In this document: positions 1 to 10,338 of the stretch, in pieces
Numbering within the stretch: the first letter of the stretch is position 1
How the letters are laid out: each line of letters starts with the position of its first letter
Assembly (NCBI GenBank): GCA_963845565.1
Contig: CAWJSJ010000002.1
Span: 224,001 to 288,000, forward strand
Direction of reading: 5' to 3'
Source of the DNA: an uncultured Methylomirabilota bacterium
GTDB taxonomy: Bacteria; Methylomirabilota; Methylomirabilia; Methylomirabilales; 2-02-FULL-66-22
Length of the DNA: 64,000 bases
Made by a program: the position numbers and the translations under genes
The notes under the pieces: model-generated
Databases searched by the model: none
Seen by the model: only the letters and a program-made list of their open reading frames with translations
Told to the model about the DNA's origin: nothing

Positions 1-1
1 C

Positions 2-184
2 GGTTATGCGGTCGGTGCAAACCTGTTCTCGGCCCGCCACCCGTCCCAGCGCGTTCCGGGGTTCGACAACCTGATCCTGGCCGGAAAGAGCGTCTTCCCG
101 GGCCCCGGCGTCGCCAACGTCATGCGTTCCGGCCTGCGGGCCGCGGATCTCGCCGAGACCGCCGCGCGCGGGAGCGCCCGATGA
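2..184 (+). CDS. C-terminal end of a phytoene desaturase/carotenoid oxidase family protein (partial, runs off window start)
   Basis: Manual translation of frame 2: ...RHPSQRVPGFDNLILAGKSVFPGPGVANVMRSGLRAA..., matching the CrtI-family C-terminal motif; TGA overlaps next ATG (ATGA). Confidence 0.75.
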   Translation, partial: GYAVGANLFSARHPSQRVPGFDNLILAGKSVFPGPGVANVMRSGLRAADLAETAARGSAR

Positions 185-978
185 TCCCGGCCCGCCGCTC
201 CGATCCCGTCATGCGCTTCTTCGACGTGTACGTCCGCCGATATCTGAGACGGCACTTCAGTAGAGTGCGTCTGTGGGGAACGCCGCAGGAGATCGGCGTC
301 CCGTCCGGTGTGCCGCTCGTCTTCGTGATGAGCCACGCCTCCTGGTGGGACGTCCTGATCGGCTATCACCTGGCTCGTCAGGTGATCCGGCGCGAGAGCT
401 ACGCCCCCATGGATGAGGCCCAGCTCCGGCGCTACCGGATCCTGGCCCGGCTTGGCATCTATTCGGTGGATCGGTTCTCCGTGCCGGGCGTGCGCGCCTT
501 CCTCCGCTACACGGGGGCGCTCCTGACCGGCGATCGGTCCGTCTGGATCACCCCCCAAGGGGAGATCGTCTCCAACTGGCAGCGTCCCGTCCGTTTCCAG
601 ATGGGCGTGGGACACCTCATCCGGCGACTGCCGGAGGTCGCCGTCGTCCCCGTGGCCGTCCACTACGAATTCCTCGAAGAGCCGCGCCCCGAGATCTTCG
701 TCCGCTTCGGCCCCGCACGCCATTTCCGCGCCGAGCAGGGAAAAGCCGTCGAAATCGCCGCGCGCCTGGAACAAGACCTGGAAGAAACCCTGGACCGGCT
801 GCTGGGCGACGTCACCACGCGGGCACTGGACGGATACACGGTCTTGCTGGACGGCAAGACCTCCACGAGCCTCGTGTACGACACGGTGCGATCCGTCCGC
901 GCCTGGCTCACCGGGCGCCCCGACCCGGCGCGGCACGGCGATCTCGTCTCCGACCCCCGAAAGGGGCGAACCAAATGA
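181..978 (+). CDS. Lysophospholipid/1-acyl-glycerol-phosphate acyltransferase family protein (putative carotenoid acyltransferase)
   Basis: HxxxxD motif (SHASWWD), PQG block (WITPQGEI), carotenoid gene context. Confidence 0.85.
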   Translation: MIPARRSDPVMRFFDVYVRRYLRRHFSRVRLWGTPQEIGVPSGVPLVFVMSHASWWDVLIGYHLARQVIRRESYAPMDEAQLRRYRILARLGIYSVDRFSVPGVRAFLRYTGALLTGDRSVWITPQGEIVSNWQRPVRFQMGVGHLIRRLPEVAVVPVAVHYEFLEEPRPEIFVRFGPARHFRAEQGKAVEIAARLEQDLEETLDRLLGDVTTRALDGYTVLLDGKTSTSLVYDTVRSVRAWLTGRPDPARHGDLVSDPRKGRTK

Positions 979-2126
979 CCGCGGTCCTGGACGGGCTGGC
1001 TCCGATCATTCTCACGGCCCTCCTTGTCATCGCCGGGCTGGCGGTCTGGAACCTCTGTCTGTTCCGAAGAGCGCCCCGGGCCGTGGAGGACGAGACCTCC
1101 GTCTCCGTCCTGATCCCGGCGCGGAACGAAGAGGCGAACATCGAGGGCGCCGTCCGGGCCGCATGTGCTCAGACCCATCGAAAGGTCGAGGTGGTGGTCC
1201 TGGACGACGGCTCGACGGACGCCACGCCTCGCCTCCTCGCCGCGCTCCGGGCCGAGTGCCCCCGCCTCCGCGTGGCGGCCGGGCAACCGCTCCCCGCCGG
1301 CTGGGCCGGGAAGGCCTGGGCCTGCTGGCAACTGGCCGCCGAGCATGCCCGTCACGACTGGCTCCTCTTCGTGGACGCCGATGTCAGGCTGTCCCCCGAG
1401 GCAGTCTCGCGCGCCCTGGCGGCGGCTCGGGTGCGGCGGGTGGATTTCCTTTCCGCCTTCCCGCGCCAGCTCGTGCCGACGATTGGCGAGGCGCTCCTGG
1501 CGCCGCTCATGTACCTGCTCCTGGTGGCGTACCTCCCCATGGCGTTCATCCGGTGGACCCGCCTGCCGAGCCTCTCGGCGGCCACCGGGCAGTTCATGCT
1601 CGTCCGCCGAGAGGCCTATCTCGCCGCGGACGGACACCGGGCGGTTCGGGCGACGCTCCACGACGGGGTCAAGCTGGCGCGCCGGATGAAGCGCGCCGGC
1701 TTCCCGATCGGCATCGTGGACGGGCAGGACCTGGCCACCTGTCGGATGTACGCCGGTTTCCGTGCCTCCTGGCGAGGCTTCGCCCGGAACGCCTACGAGG
1801 CGCTGGGGTCCCCTGTGGCGCTGATCATCATGACCACGCTGAACCTGGCGCTCTTCGTGCTCCCGTTCGTGGCGTTGCCCTGGTCGGCACTCGCCGGCGC
1901 GCGCTCCACCGCCGCCTGGGGTCTGGCCGTGCTGGTGGTGCTCGCGCTGCGGCTCACGCTGGCCTGGCGCTTTCAGCATCCCTGGTGGATCGCCCTCGCC
2001 ACACCGGTCGCCATTCTGGCGTTGACCGGCATCCAGGCGGAGTCGTACCTCCGATACCGGACGGGCCGGTCCGTCCTCTGGCGCGATCGCGCGTACTCCG
2101 GGACCGCCGCCGCCGGAAAGGAATGA
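975..2126 (+). CDS. GT2 glycosyltransferase, CrtQ-like
   Basis: VSVLIPARNEE, DDGSTD, GWAGKAWAC, FVDAD motifs; N- and C-terminal TM segments. Confidence 0.85.
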   Translation: MTAVLDGLAPIILTALLVIAGLAVWNLCLFRRAPRAVEDETSVSVLIPARNEEANIEGAVRAACAQTHRKVEVVVLDDGSTDATPRLLAALRAECPRLRVAAGQPLPAGWAGKAWACWQLAAEHARHDWLLFVDADVRLSPEAVSRALAAARVRRVDFLSAFPRQLVPTIGEALLAPLMYLLLVAYLPMAFIRWTRLPSLSAATGQFMLVRREAYLAADGHRAVRATLHDGVKLARRMKRAGFPIGIVDGQDLATCRMYAGFRASWRGFARNAYEALGSPVALIIMTTLNLALFVLPFVALPWSALAGARSTAAWGLAVLVVLALRLTLAWRFQHPWWIALATPVAILALTGIQAESYLRYRTGRSVLWRDRAYSGTAAAGKE

Positions 2127-2129
2127 GCC

Positions 2130-2672
2130 GTGGCGCACAGATTGGTCGCGTTCCTGGTGCCGTTCGTCCTGCTGGCGCTCGCCGGCGTCGGCGTGGGTGG
2201 GCCTTCCGCCCTCCCGGATCTCGCTTTGCAAGATCAGGAGGGGCGGTCGCTCCAGCTCGCGTCCCTCCGCGGTCGCGTGGTCGTCATCGTGTACGGCGGA
2301 CGCGCCGGTGTCGAAGAACATTCCGCCTGGGGAAAGCGATTGGATGCAGAGCTCAGGGAGCGCGGCGTCTACCGAGCGGAAGATCCGGAGAGTGGACGGC
2401 CGGTACGCATCCTGGCCGTGGCGGAGATGGGGGGAATCCCCGAGGCCTTCCGAGGGCTCATCCGATCTGCCGTCCGACCGGGAGTCGAGAAGGGCTACTC
2501 ACTCTGGCTCGACTGGGACGACCGGATGAAACAGCTCTTCGGCAGCCACGATCCGCACTCGACCGTCCTGGTGGCCGACCGGGAAGGCACCGTTCGCCTG
2601 GTGGTGGGCGGCCCGCCGACCGGCGCCCCCCTCCGGGCGGTCCTCGAGCTTCTTAAACAGGTGGTCCCATGA
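2130..2672 (+). CDS. Exported thioredoxin-fold (redoxin/YtfJ-like) protein without cysteines
   Basis: Signal-like N-terminus; LPDLALQDQEGRSLQLASLRGRVVVI and TVLVADREGTVR typical of AhpC/TlpA fold. Confidence 0.65.
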   Translation: MAHRLVAFLVPFVLLALAGVGVGGPSALPDLALQDQEGRSLQLASLRGRVVVIVYGGRAGVEEHSAWGKRLDAELRERGVYRAEDPESGRPVRILAVAEMGGIPEAFRGLIRSAVRPGVEKGYSLWLDWDDRMKQLFGSHDPHSTVLVADREGTVRLVVGGPPTGAPLRAVLELLKQVVP

Positions 2673-4586
2673 ACCTCGCCCTGCTGGCTTTCCTGGGCGC
2701 GATCCTCCTCGCCGGCCAGGCTGGGGCGGCCGAGGTCGGCGCCCTCTACGCGACACACTGCGCCGTGTGCCACGGAAACGCGGGCCGGGGCGACGGCCCC
2801 GCCATGGGCGCCCTGCATCCTCGACCCCGCGATTTCACCACCGGAGTGTACAAACTCCGGTCCACGCCCTCCGGCAGTTTGCCGATCCTCGCGGATGTGT
2901 CGCGGTCCATCCGGGTCGGTGTGCCCGGGACCAGCATGCCCGGCTACCAGAGCACGCTTTCGCCCGCCGAGATTGACGACCTGTCCCGCCTCCTGCTCGC
3001 CATGGCACCCGGGTCGGCGCGGGCGGCCGCACCGCTCGCGCTCGGCCCCGCACCGCCGCCGTCACCCCAAGCGATCGAGCGCGGACGGACCTACTTTGCG
3101 CGCGCCGGCTGCGGGGCCTGCCACGGCACTGCGGGGCGCGCCCTGCCCTGGCGGCCTTCGCGCGAGGGCCCGGACGGCCCCAGCCGGCCCACCGCCCTCG
3201 CAGAGCCGTGGACGTTCCGCGGCGGGAGCGAGCCGGAGCAGGTCGTCCTCCGGATCCTGACGGGCATCGACGGCTCGTCCATGCCGGCGTTTGCCGGGCG
3301 CGTCGGCCCGGCCCAGGCATGGGAGATCGCGGGATATGTGGACACCCTGGCGCGCACCCCTGTCTGGCAGGAATCCGACCCGGCCACGGTCCGGACGGTC
3401 GGAATCTCCTCCGATCCCGTGGATCGCGGCCGCTATCTGGTGAGCGCCACCCAGTGCATGCTCTGTCACACGCCGATCAGCGCCGAGGACGGTGCCTACG
3501 ACACCGCGCTCTACATGGCGGGCGGCATGCGCGTCAGCGCCTACCCCTGGGGCGTCTGGTACAGTCGCAACATCACGTCGGACGAAGAGACGGGCATCGG
3601 CCGCTGGACCGAGGACGAGCTGATCCAGGCCGTCATGCGCGGGGTCGCCAGGGACGGCCGCCGCCTGCATCCCATGGCAATGTCGTGGCCGTGGTTCACC
3701 AGACTCACGGAGTCGGATGCGCGGGCGATTGCCGTCTACCTCAAGCGAGCTCCCCGCCATCCGGAATCCCGTGCCGCTCCCGGAGCCAGTCCCGCTGGCC
3801 GAGGCCGCGGGGGGACGGCTCGCGCACGCGTTCGGCGCCGAGGTCGCGCTGGAGTTCTGGGGAGGGAACGCCGCGACCGATCCCGGCCTCCGGGGCGACC
3901 TGGCAGCACCGCCTGGGCGACGGACAGTGGCGCTGGTGCTGGGGTGGGGTGTGCTCGGCGTGCCCGCGCTGGCCGTCACTGTCGGCCTGCGGCGACGCCG
4001 CCGGTGGCCCTGGTTCGCCGGGGCGGTCGTCGGCCTCATCGGGTGGAGCGTGCTGGCCATCTGGCCGCCGGTCGATCTCATGAGCCCGGAGACGACAGCC
4101 AAGTGGCTGCTGATGGGCACGCCCGGGACTCCGGCGTCGCTGAGCGGAGCGCAGCGTGCCCTGGTCGAACGCGGCGAGTATCTGGCCACGGTCGCGCCGT
4201 GCGGCTTGTGCCATACCCCTGTGGACCCGCTGGTGGGGTTCCGCACCTCCAAGACGCTCGCAGGCGGGATGGAGGCGCGCTGGAAGGTGTACGGCAGCCA
4301 GGTGTCCACCAACCTGACGCCGCACGAGGACGGCATCGCCTCCACGGCCGACGACACGATTCTCCGTGCCATGCGGAGCGGCATCGGGAAGGACGGCCGC
4401 CACATGCACTGGCAGGCCATGTCCTGGGACATCATCTCAAACTTCTCCGAGGAGGACCAGCACGCCATCATCGCCTATCTTCGCGCCCTTCCGCCGGTCC
4501 GGGGGCGCGTCCCGGCCCCCCGCGGACCCCGACCGGGCGACCCGCCGGCCGCCGCGTTCATCTTCGGCGACCGGGCGCTCCGTTGA
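2669..4586 (+). CDS. Membrane-anchored tetrahaem cytochrome c (one frameshift near 3750)
   Basis: CAVCH, CGACH, CMLCH in ORF 2669; CGLCH in ORF 3717..4586; the two join as ...AVYLK/ELPAIRNPVP...; signal peptide and two internal TM helices. Confidence 0.85.
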
Positions 4587-4705
4587 GGCGGGAGTCATGC
4601 AGCGACCCCCGGACAAAAAGAGTTGCGCGCCGCGGCATTTCGCCCTAGGGTGAGCGCCGTTTTGTTGTGAGCGGGATCGCCGCCAACCCCTTCGAATGGA
4701 GAGGC

Positions 4706-5899
4706 ATGCCTCGGTTGCCGTTTCCTCTATTCCCGCTCGCTTTCCTCACGGCGATCTTCTACCTGAACTTCGTCTCGCGGATCATCCTGGGGCCGTTCCT
4801 GCCGGTGATCGAGCACGAGCTGGGTCTGGGACACGGCGGCGCGGGATCCCTGTTTCTCTTCATCCAGATTGGCTACGCCACAGGCCTTCTGGGATCCGGC
4901 TTCGTCTCCTGGCGATTCACCCATCGGCACACCATCGTGACGTCTGCCGTCGTCGTCGGGATCGCCATGGTGGGCTTGTCGCTCGCCGCGTCCCTGGGGG
5001 CGATGCGGTTCTGGTTGGTTCTCGGTGGCGCCGGGGCGGGCCTGTACCTTCCCTCCGGCGTCGCCACCATCACGCATCTGGTCAACGACGCCCACTGGGG
5101 CAAGGCGCTGGCATTTCACGAGCTAGCGCCCAACCTCGCCTTCATCACGGCGCCGCTCTTGGCCGAAGCTCTCTTTTCCGCCCTCTTGTGGCGCGGCGTG
5201 CTGGTTGTCGTGGGAAGCGTGGCGATTCTCCTGGGTGGCTGCTTTGCCCTTTCGGGCCATGGGGGAAGCCGACGTGGTGAGGCGCCGCGCCTTCAGACCG
5301 TGGCCGGTCTGCTGCGCGACCGATCCGTGTGGGCCATGATGCTCATCTTCGCCGCCGGGGTAGGGTCGAGCCTCGGTGTGTATAGCTTGCTGCCGCTCTT
5401 CCTGGTCAGCGATGTCGGCATGACGCTTCGTGCCGCGAACAGCATCACCAGCCTCTCGCGCGTTGCGTGCCTGGCGGTCGCCTTCCTGTCGGGTTGGCTC
5501 ACGGATCGGATGGGCTATCGGCACGCCCTCGCTGTGGCCTTGACGACCACGGCAGCGCTCAACCTCTGCCTGGGACTGTTCCCGGGGCCGGTCCTCACCC
5601 CGATCTTTGTCTTTCTGCAGGGCGCTGCGGCGGTGATGTTTTTCCCGCCGGCCTTTGCTGCCGTCTCACGCCTTTTTCCGGCCCAGACGCGGAGTCTGGC
5701 GATCGCCCTCACCACCGCCGTCGGCGTGTTCCTCGGGGGCGGTGGGGTTCCCGCCCTTGTCGGATACCTGGCCGAGGTTGCGTCATTCTCGACCGCCTTC
5801 ACCGTGGTCGGAGCCCTGGCGATTCTCTCGCCACTGCTCTTGCGTGTCGGGACTCGCGAAGCGGGCGCCAGGGACGCGGCGACGGGCGGCAGAACCTAA
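4706..5899 (+). CDS. MFS transporter
   Basis: About 12 hydrophobic segments, GWLTDRMGYR motif; start uncertain (GTG 4667 or ATG 4706). Confidence 0.9.
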   Translation: MPRLPFPLFPLAFLTAIFYLNFVSRIILGPFLPVIEHELGLGHGGAGSLFLFIQIGYATGLLGSGFVSWRFTHRHTIVTSAVVVGIAMVGLSLAASLGAMRFWLVLGGAGAGLYLPSGVATITHLVNDAHWGKALAFHELAPNLAFITAPLLAEALFSALLWRGVLVVVGSVAILLGGCFALSGHGGSRRGEAPRLQTVAGLLRDRSVWAMMLIFAAGVGSSLGVYSLLPLFLVSDVGMTLRAANSITSLSRVACLAVAFLSGWLTDRMGYRHALAVALTTTAALNLCLGLFPGPVLTPIFVFLQGAAAVMFFPPAFAAVSRLFPAQTRSLAIALTTAVGVFLGGGGVPALVGYLAEVASFSTAFTVVGALAILSPLLLRVGTREAGARDAATGGRT

Positions 5900-6025
5900 C
5901 AGGCTGCTGAAAAAGTCCCATCTACGGCGTTGGCGCGCTCGCACGGCGCTGCGACGTACGTGCGAAGTACGCCTCGCACCGCGCATCGCTTGCCGCCTTG
6001 TATCTGGAACTTTTTGAGCCGCCTG
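5900..6025 (+). repeat. Palindromic repeat family 1, copy A (MITE-like/structured element)
   Basis: CAGGCTGCTGAAAAAG...CTTTTTGAGCCGCCTG termini, central CGTAC-loop-GTACG hairpin; homologous to four other loci. Confidence 0.9.
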
Positions 6026-6087
6026 ACCGAAAGTCAGTTCTTCCGCATCTTGCTAGAAAGCGCGAGTACCCCCGGCGCCCTTTCCTC

Positions 6088-6117
6088 TTGACACGATTCG
6101 GCAGGATGCGGCATGCT
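6088..6117 (+). promoter_or_regulatory. Putative sigma70 promoter of the desaturase gene
   Basis: TTGACA-N18-CATGCT ~90 bp upstream of ATG 6207. Confidence 0.45.
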
Positions 6118-6206
6118 CCAACGTGCGGCCGGGATTCGGGGGGTGAGCGCTTGGCCGGCCGCGTTACCGAACGAGGTTTGTCGGCTGCTTGAGAGGTGGG
6201 AGACCG

Positions 6207-7739
6207 ATGGCCGCAAAACGTGTGCTCATCGTCGGCGCCGGACCGGGCGGGCTGACCGCCGGCATGATCCTGGCGCACCGCGGCTTCGACGTCACCGTGT
6301 TCGAAGCCAACGAGCGCGTCGGCGGGCGCAACGCGCCCCTCAAGGCCGACGGGTACACCTTCGACACGGGCCCGACGTTTCTCATGATGAACTTCGTCCT
6401 GCGGGAGATGTTCGAGGCAGCGGGGCGGAACGTCGAGGACTATCTCCGGTTTAAGAAGCTCGATCCCATGTACCGCCTGGCGTTCGATGACCGGGATGTG
6501 GTCGTGTCCGCGGATCACGACAAGATGCGGGAACAGATCCGGAGGCAATTCCCCGGCAACGAAGACGGCCTGGATCGGTTCCTCGCGAAAGAGAGAAAGC
6601 GCTACGCATATCTCTTCCCCTGCATTCAAAAGGACTATTCGACGTTCGCGTCGCTCCTCTCTTGGACACTCCTGCGGGCAGCGCCGTACCTGTCCCCCAC
6701 CAAGAGCGTCTTCGACAATCTTGGCCGGTACTTCGATGACGAGAAGCTGAAACTATCGTTCACGTTCCAGGCCAAGTACCTCGGGATGTCGGCCTGGGAG
6801 TGCCCCGCGCTTTTCACGATGCTTCCCTTCGTCGAGCATGAGTACGGAATCTATCATGTGATCGGGGGCCTCAACCAGATCTCCCAGGCCATGGCGAAGG
6901 TGGTGGAGGAAGAGGGCGGGAAGATTCACACCTCCACCCCGGTGAGATCGCTCTGGACCGAAGACAAGACGGTCAAGGGCGTCCGCCTGGAAAACGGCGA
7001 GGCGGTTCCCGGAGACGTCGTCATCGTCAACGCCGACTTTGCCCACGCCATGAGTCACCTGGTGGAGCCGGGGATCCTCAAGAAATACAGCCGGGAGAAC
7101 CTGCGAAAACGCGAGTACTCCTGCTCGACATTCATGATCTACCTGGGCGTGAAGAAACGCTACGACATGGACCATCACACCATCGTGTTTGCCAAGGATT
7201 ATCAAACCAATGTGAAGAACATATTCCACGACAGAATTCTCTCGGATGATCTGTCGTTCTATGTCCAGAACGCCTCCGTCACCGACCCGACGGTTGCGCC
7301 CGAAGGGAAGTCCACGATCTACATCCTCGTCCCCATCGGCAACCGGCTGGGGCCGACCGACTGGGCAAAGGAGAAGGAGCCCTTCAAGCACAAGATCCTG
7401 GATCTCGTGACGCGGCGCACGCCCATGAAGGATCTCCGAGACCAGATCGAAGTGGAGCGCGTCCTGACGCCCCTGGACTGGGAAGAGAAGGGGCGCATCT
7501 ATCTGGGCGCGACCTTCAACCTGTCCCACACCTTCTCGCAATTGCTGTATCTGCGCCCCCGCAATCGTTTCGAAGAGCTGGACAACTGCTACCTGGTCGG
7601 TGGCGGCACGCATCCCGGAAGCGGCCTGCCCACCATCTACGAGTCGGCCCGGATCTCCAGCAACCTGATCTGCCGCAGACACGGCGTCCCGTTCGCGGCG
7701 CCGACCGGCCTCCCCGATAAGGTCCCGCTCCGCGGATAG
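6207..7739 (+). CDS. crtI: Phytoene desaturase family, closest in motif to 4,4'-diapophytoene desaturase CrtN
   Basis: GAGPGG FAD motif, FDTGPT, C-terminal [20 protein letters not shown]. Confidence 0.9.
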   Translation: MAAKRVLIVGAGPGGLTAGMILAHRGFDVTVFEANERVGGRNAPLKADGYTFDTGPTFLMMNFVLREMFEAAGRNVEDYLRFKKLDPMYRLAFDDRDVVVSADHDKMREQIRRQFPGNEDGLDRFLAKERKRYAYLFPCIQKDYSTFASLLSWTLLRAAPYLSPTKSVFDNLGRYFDDEKLKLSFTFQAKYLGMSAWECPALFTMLPFVEHEYGIYHVIGGLNQISQAMAKVVEEEGGKIHTSTPVRSLWTEDKTVKGVRLENGEAVPGDVVIVNADFAHAMSHLVEPGILKKYSRENLRKREYSCSTFMIYLGVKKRYDMDHHTIVFAKDYQTNVKNIFHDRILSDDLSFYVQNASVTDPTVAPEGKSTIYILVPIGNRLGPTDWAKEKEPFKHKILDLVTRRTPMKDLRDQIEVERVLTPLDWEEKGRIYLGATFNLSHTFSQLLYLRPRNRFEELDNCYLVGGGTHPGSGLPTIYESARISSNLICRRHGVPFAAPTGLPDKVPLRG

Positions 7740-7782
7740 CGTCCAGCCGCCGCGGGTCGGCGCCGGCCGGGCCCGGAAATGG

Positions 7783-7810
7783 ATGGGGGGCGCTCGCCAG
7801 CGCCCCCCAT
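7783..7810. terminator. Hairpin between convergent genes
   Basis: ATGGGGGGCGCT-cgcc-AGCGCCCCCCAT 12-bp perfect stem; no long U-tract. Confidence 0.5.
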
Positions 7811-7829
7811 GTCACGTATGGTGCCGACT

Positions 7830-9164
7830 TCACCGGCCGGCCTGAATCGCCTTCACCGTGTCCTCGGTCGCCTGCAGCACCCGGTCGATATCCGCCGCGG
7901 TATGGGCGATGGAGAAGCCGTGGTGCGACGGCTTTCCTCCGCCGTCGCAGAAATAGACGCCGCGCTCGGTCATCCCGGCGAAGAACTTGAGGCCCAGCGC
8001 CGCATCCTGCTTCGCGGTGTCCGGATACGAACGCACCTCCTCCGAGAAGCCGAAATAGAGCCCGAAGCGCGCGCCGAGCCCTTGGCAGCGCGCCGGGAAG
8101 CCGTGCCGTCCGAAGATGGCGTTCATCCCGGGATACAGGCGATCCGCCAGGGCGAAAAGGTGGTCGTAGACTCCGGGGGCGCGGATGGCCGCGAGGCTCG
8201 CCTCCGCCGCCATGATCGGCACGAGGTTCGCGTTGTAGGTTCCGCTGTGCTCTGCGTTTCCCAGCGGCCGCAGGTGCTCCATGATCTCCCGCCGCCCGCC
8301 GAAGACCGACAGCGGCATCCCGCCGGCCACGCACTTCCCGATGGTGCACAGGTCCGGCACGATATCGAAATAGGCCTGGGCGCAGCCCGGTCCCGTCCGG
8401 AAGGCCGTGAGGATCTCGTCGTAGATCAAAACGACGCCGTGCTCCGTGGCAAGCGCCCGCAGGCCCTGCATGTATTCCCGGCTCGGCACGATGCACCCGG
8501 CGTTGTAATGGATCGGCTCCAGGATGATCGCCGCGATCTCGTGTCCGTGGAGCTGGAGCGCGCGTCGCACCACATCCAGGTCGTTGAACGGGAGGAGGAT
8601 GACGTATTCCCCAATCCCCGCCGGGATCCCGCCCGACTTGACGGCGCGGCGCGGCGCTTCCGCCGGGCCGTCGGCGGGCGAATACCCGCCGTAGTTCCAC
8701 ATGACGTAGTCGTGGTACCCGTGGAAGTGGCCGTCGAACTTGATGAACTTCTCGCGGCCGGTGTACTCGCGGGCGAGGCGCAGGGCGTGCATCGTCGCCT
8801 CGGTCCCCGAGCAGGTGAAGCGCACCATGTCGATGCAGGGAACGATCTCGGCCAGTGCCTGGGCGACGCGGCTCGGCGCGCCCGTCTCGGTCCCACAGAC
8901 GGCACCGCAGGCCAGGGCGGCCTCGATCGCCGCGCGCACGCCCGGATGGTTGTGGCCGAGCAGCGCCGCTCCGTGGGCCGTGAGCATGTCCACGTACTGC
9001 CGCCCGTCCAGGTCGTACAGGTATGCCCCCTCGCCCCGGGAGACGTAGAACGGCCGCCCGAGCGCACGGTTCAGCCGGATCGACGACGAGACGCCTCCCG
9101 GGAGGACCGCTTGGGCGGCGCGATACAGGGCATCCTGACGACTACCATGGTCCGGTCCTGACAT
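7830..9164 (-). CDS. Class III PLP aminotransferase, glutamate-1-semialdehyde aminomutase-like
   Basis: PGGVSS, SGTEA, FDGHFHG, DEILTAFR, GKCVAGG (PLP Lys). Confidence 0.9.
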   Translation of the reverse strand: MSGPDHGSRQDALYRAAQAVLPGGVSSSIRLNRALGRPFYVSRGEGAYLYDLDGRQYVDMLTAHGAALLGHNHPGVRAAIEAALACGAVCGTETGAPSRVAQALAEIVPCIDMVRFTCSGTEATMHALRLAREYTGREKFIKFDGHFHGYHDYVMWNYGGYSPADGPAEAPRRAVKSGGIPAGIGEYVILLPFNDLDVVRRALQLHGHEIAAIILEPIHYNAGCIVPSREYMQGLRALATEHGVVLIYDEILTAFRTGPGCAQAYFDIVPDLCTIGKCVAGGMPLSVFGGRREIMEHLRPLGNAEHSGTYNANLVPIMAAEASLAAIRAPGVYDHLFALADRLYPGMNAIFGRHGFPARCQGLGARFGLYFGFSEEVRSYPDTAKQDAALGLKFFAGMTERGVYFCDGGGKPSHHGFSIAHTAADIDRVLQATEDTVKAIQAGR

Positions 9165-9375
9165 GGGTGAGTCCTCCAACGTTGTGCGGGGTTGTCGGGG
9201 CGTCCGCTATGACGCCGCGCATGCTATCACAGAGGCGAACGCTGCCGCAATTCGGGCCGACAGCGCTCGCGCCAAACCGATTTGACTCGGCCGGAACCTT
9301 ATGGCACTCTGTCACGAACGAGTCGGTTTCCGGATGCAATCCACCCCAACAGACAAGGCTGCCCGGGAGGTGCGT

Positions 9376-10338
9376 ATGCTGATCGTGGTGCCTGACGACA
9401 ACCCGCCCGCGCTGGCGGGAACTCCTGCGCTGGACAGGATGCGGACGATCGGGGAGGTCCGCGTCTATGACTCGGATGCCACGGACCCCGCCGTCCTGAT
9501 CGAGCGCCTCACGCCGGCGGACGTGGCGGTGAACATCCGTGGGCGGACGCGCTTCACCGCCGAAGTCATGCACGCGTGCCCGCGCCTCCGGCTGATCTCC
9601 ATCTGGGGCACCGGCACCGACAACGTGGACCTGACGGCGGCGACGGCGCGCGGCATCACCGTCACCAACACCCCGGGGGCCAACGCGATCGCCGTGGCGG
9701 AGCACACCGTGGCCTTGATGCTGGCCGTGGTGAAACAGCTGGCCCCGGCCGATGCTGCCATGCGCCAGGGGGGCTGGCCCCGAAACCTGGTCCCGCAACT
9801 CCGCGGGAAGCGTCTTGGCCTGATCGGCACCGGCCTCATCGGCCGCGAGGTGGCCGCCATGGCCAAGGGCCTCGGCATGGAGGTCGTCGCCTGGACCTTT
9901 CACCCGAACGCCGGCCTGGCCGCCACTCTCGGCCTCCGATACGTCGAGCTGGACGAGCTCTTGCGCACCTCGGACGTCGTGTCCATGCATCTCCGCGCCA
10001 CGCCCGATGCCCATCGCTTCCTGAACCGGGAGCGCCTTGCCCTCCTGAAGCCGACGGCGTTCGTGGTGAACACCGCCCGGGGCGCCTTGATCGATGAAGC
10101 CGCGCTGGTCGAATGGCTGCGGGACAAGCGAATCGCGGGGGCGGGCCTGGACGTCTTCGAGACGGAGCCATTGCCGCAGGGCCACCCCCTGACCGCGCTG
10201 CCGAATGTCCTCCTCACCTCGCACTGCGCCGGCATGACGCCCGACTCCAACCTGATCGGCCTGGCCATGGCCGCAGAGAACATCGCAAACTTCCTGAAGG
10301 GCGCGCCGACCCACGTGGTCGCGGGTCCGGTACAATGA
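9376..10338 (+). CDS. D-isomer-specific 2-hydroxyacid dehydrogenase (phosphoglycerate dehydrogenase-like)
   Basis: GTGLIG Rossmann motif, NTARG, AGLDVFETEP, catalytic His in TSHCAG; GGAGG RBS. Confidence 0.9.
   Translation: MLIVVPDDNPPALAGTPALDRMRTIGEVRVYDSDATDPAVLIERLTPADVAVNIRGRTRFTAEVMHACPRLRLISIWGTGTDNVDLTAATARGITVTNTPGANAIAVAEHTVALMLAVVKQLAPADAAMRQGGWPRNLVPQLRGKRLGLIGTGLIGREVAAMAKGLGMEVVAWTFHPNAGLAATLGLRYVELDELLRTSDVVSMHLRATPDAHRFLNRERLALLKPTAFVVNTARGALIDEAALVEWLRDKRIAGAGLDVFETEPLPQGHPLTALPNVLLTSHCAGMTPDSNLIGLAMAAENIANFLKGAPTHVVAGPVQ

Noticed and set aside
5900..6025. Repeat families as CRISPR repeats or integron attC sites
   Set aside because: Copies are dispersed with no repeat-spacer periodicity, follow ordinary housekeeping genes in both orientations, and no cas or integrase gene is present.
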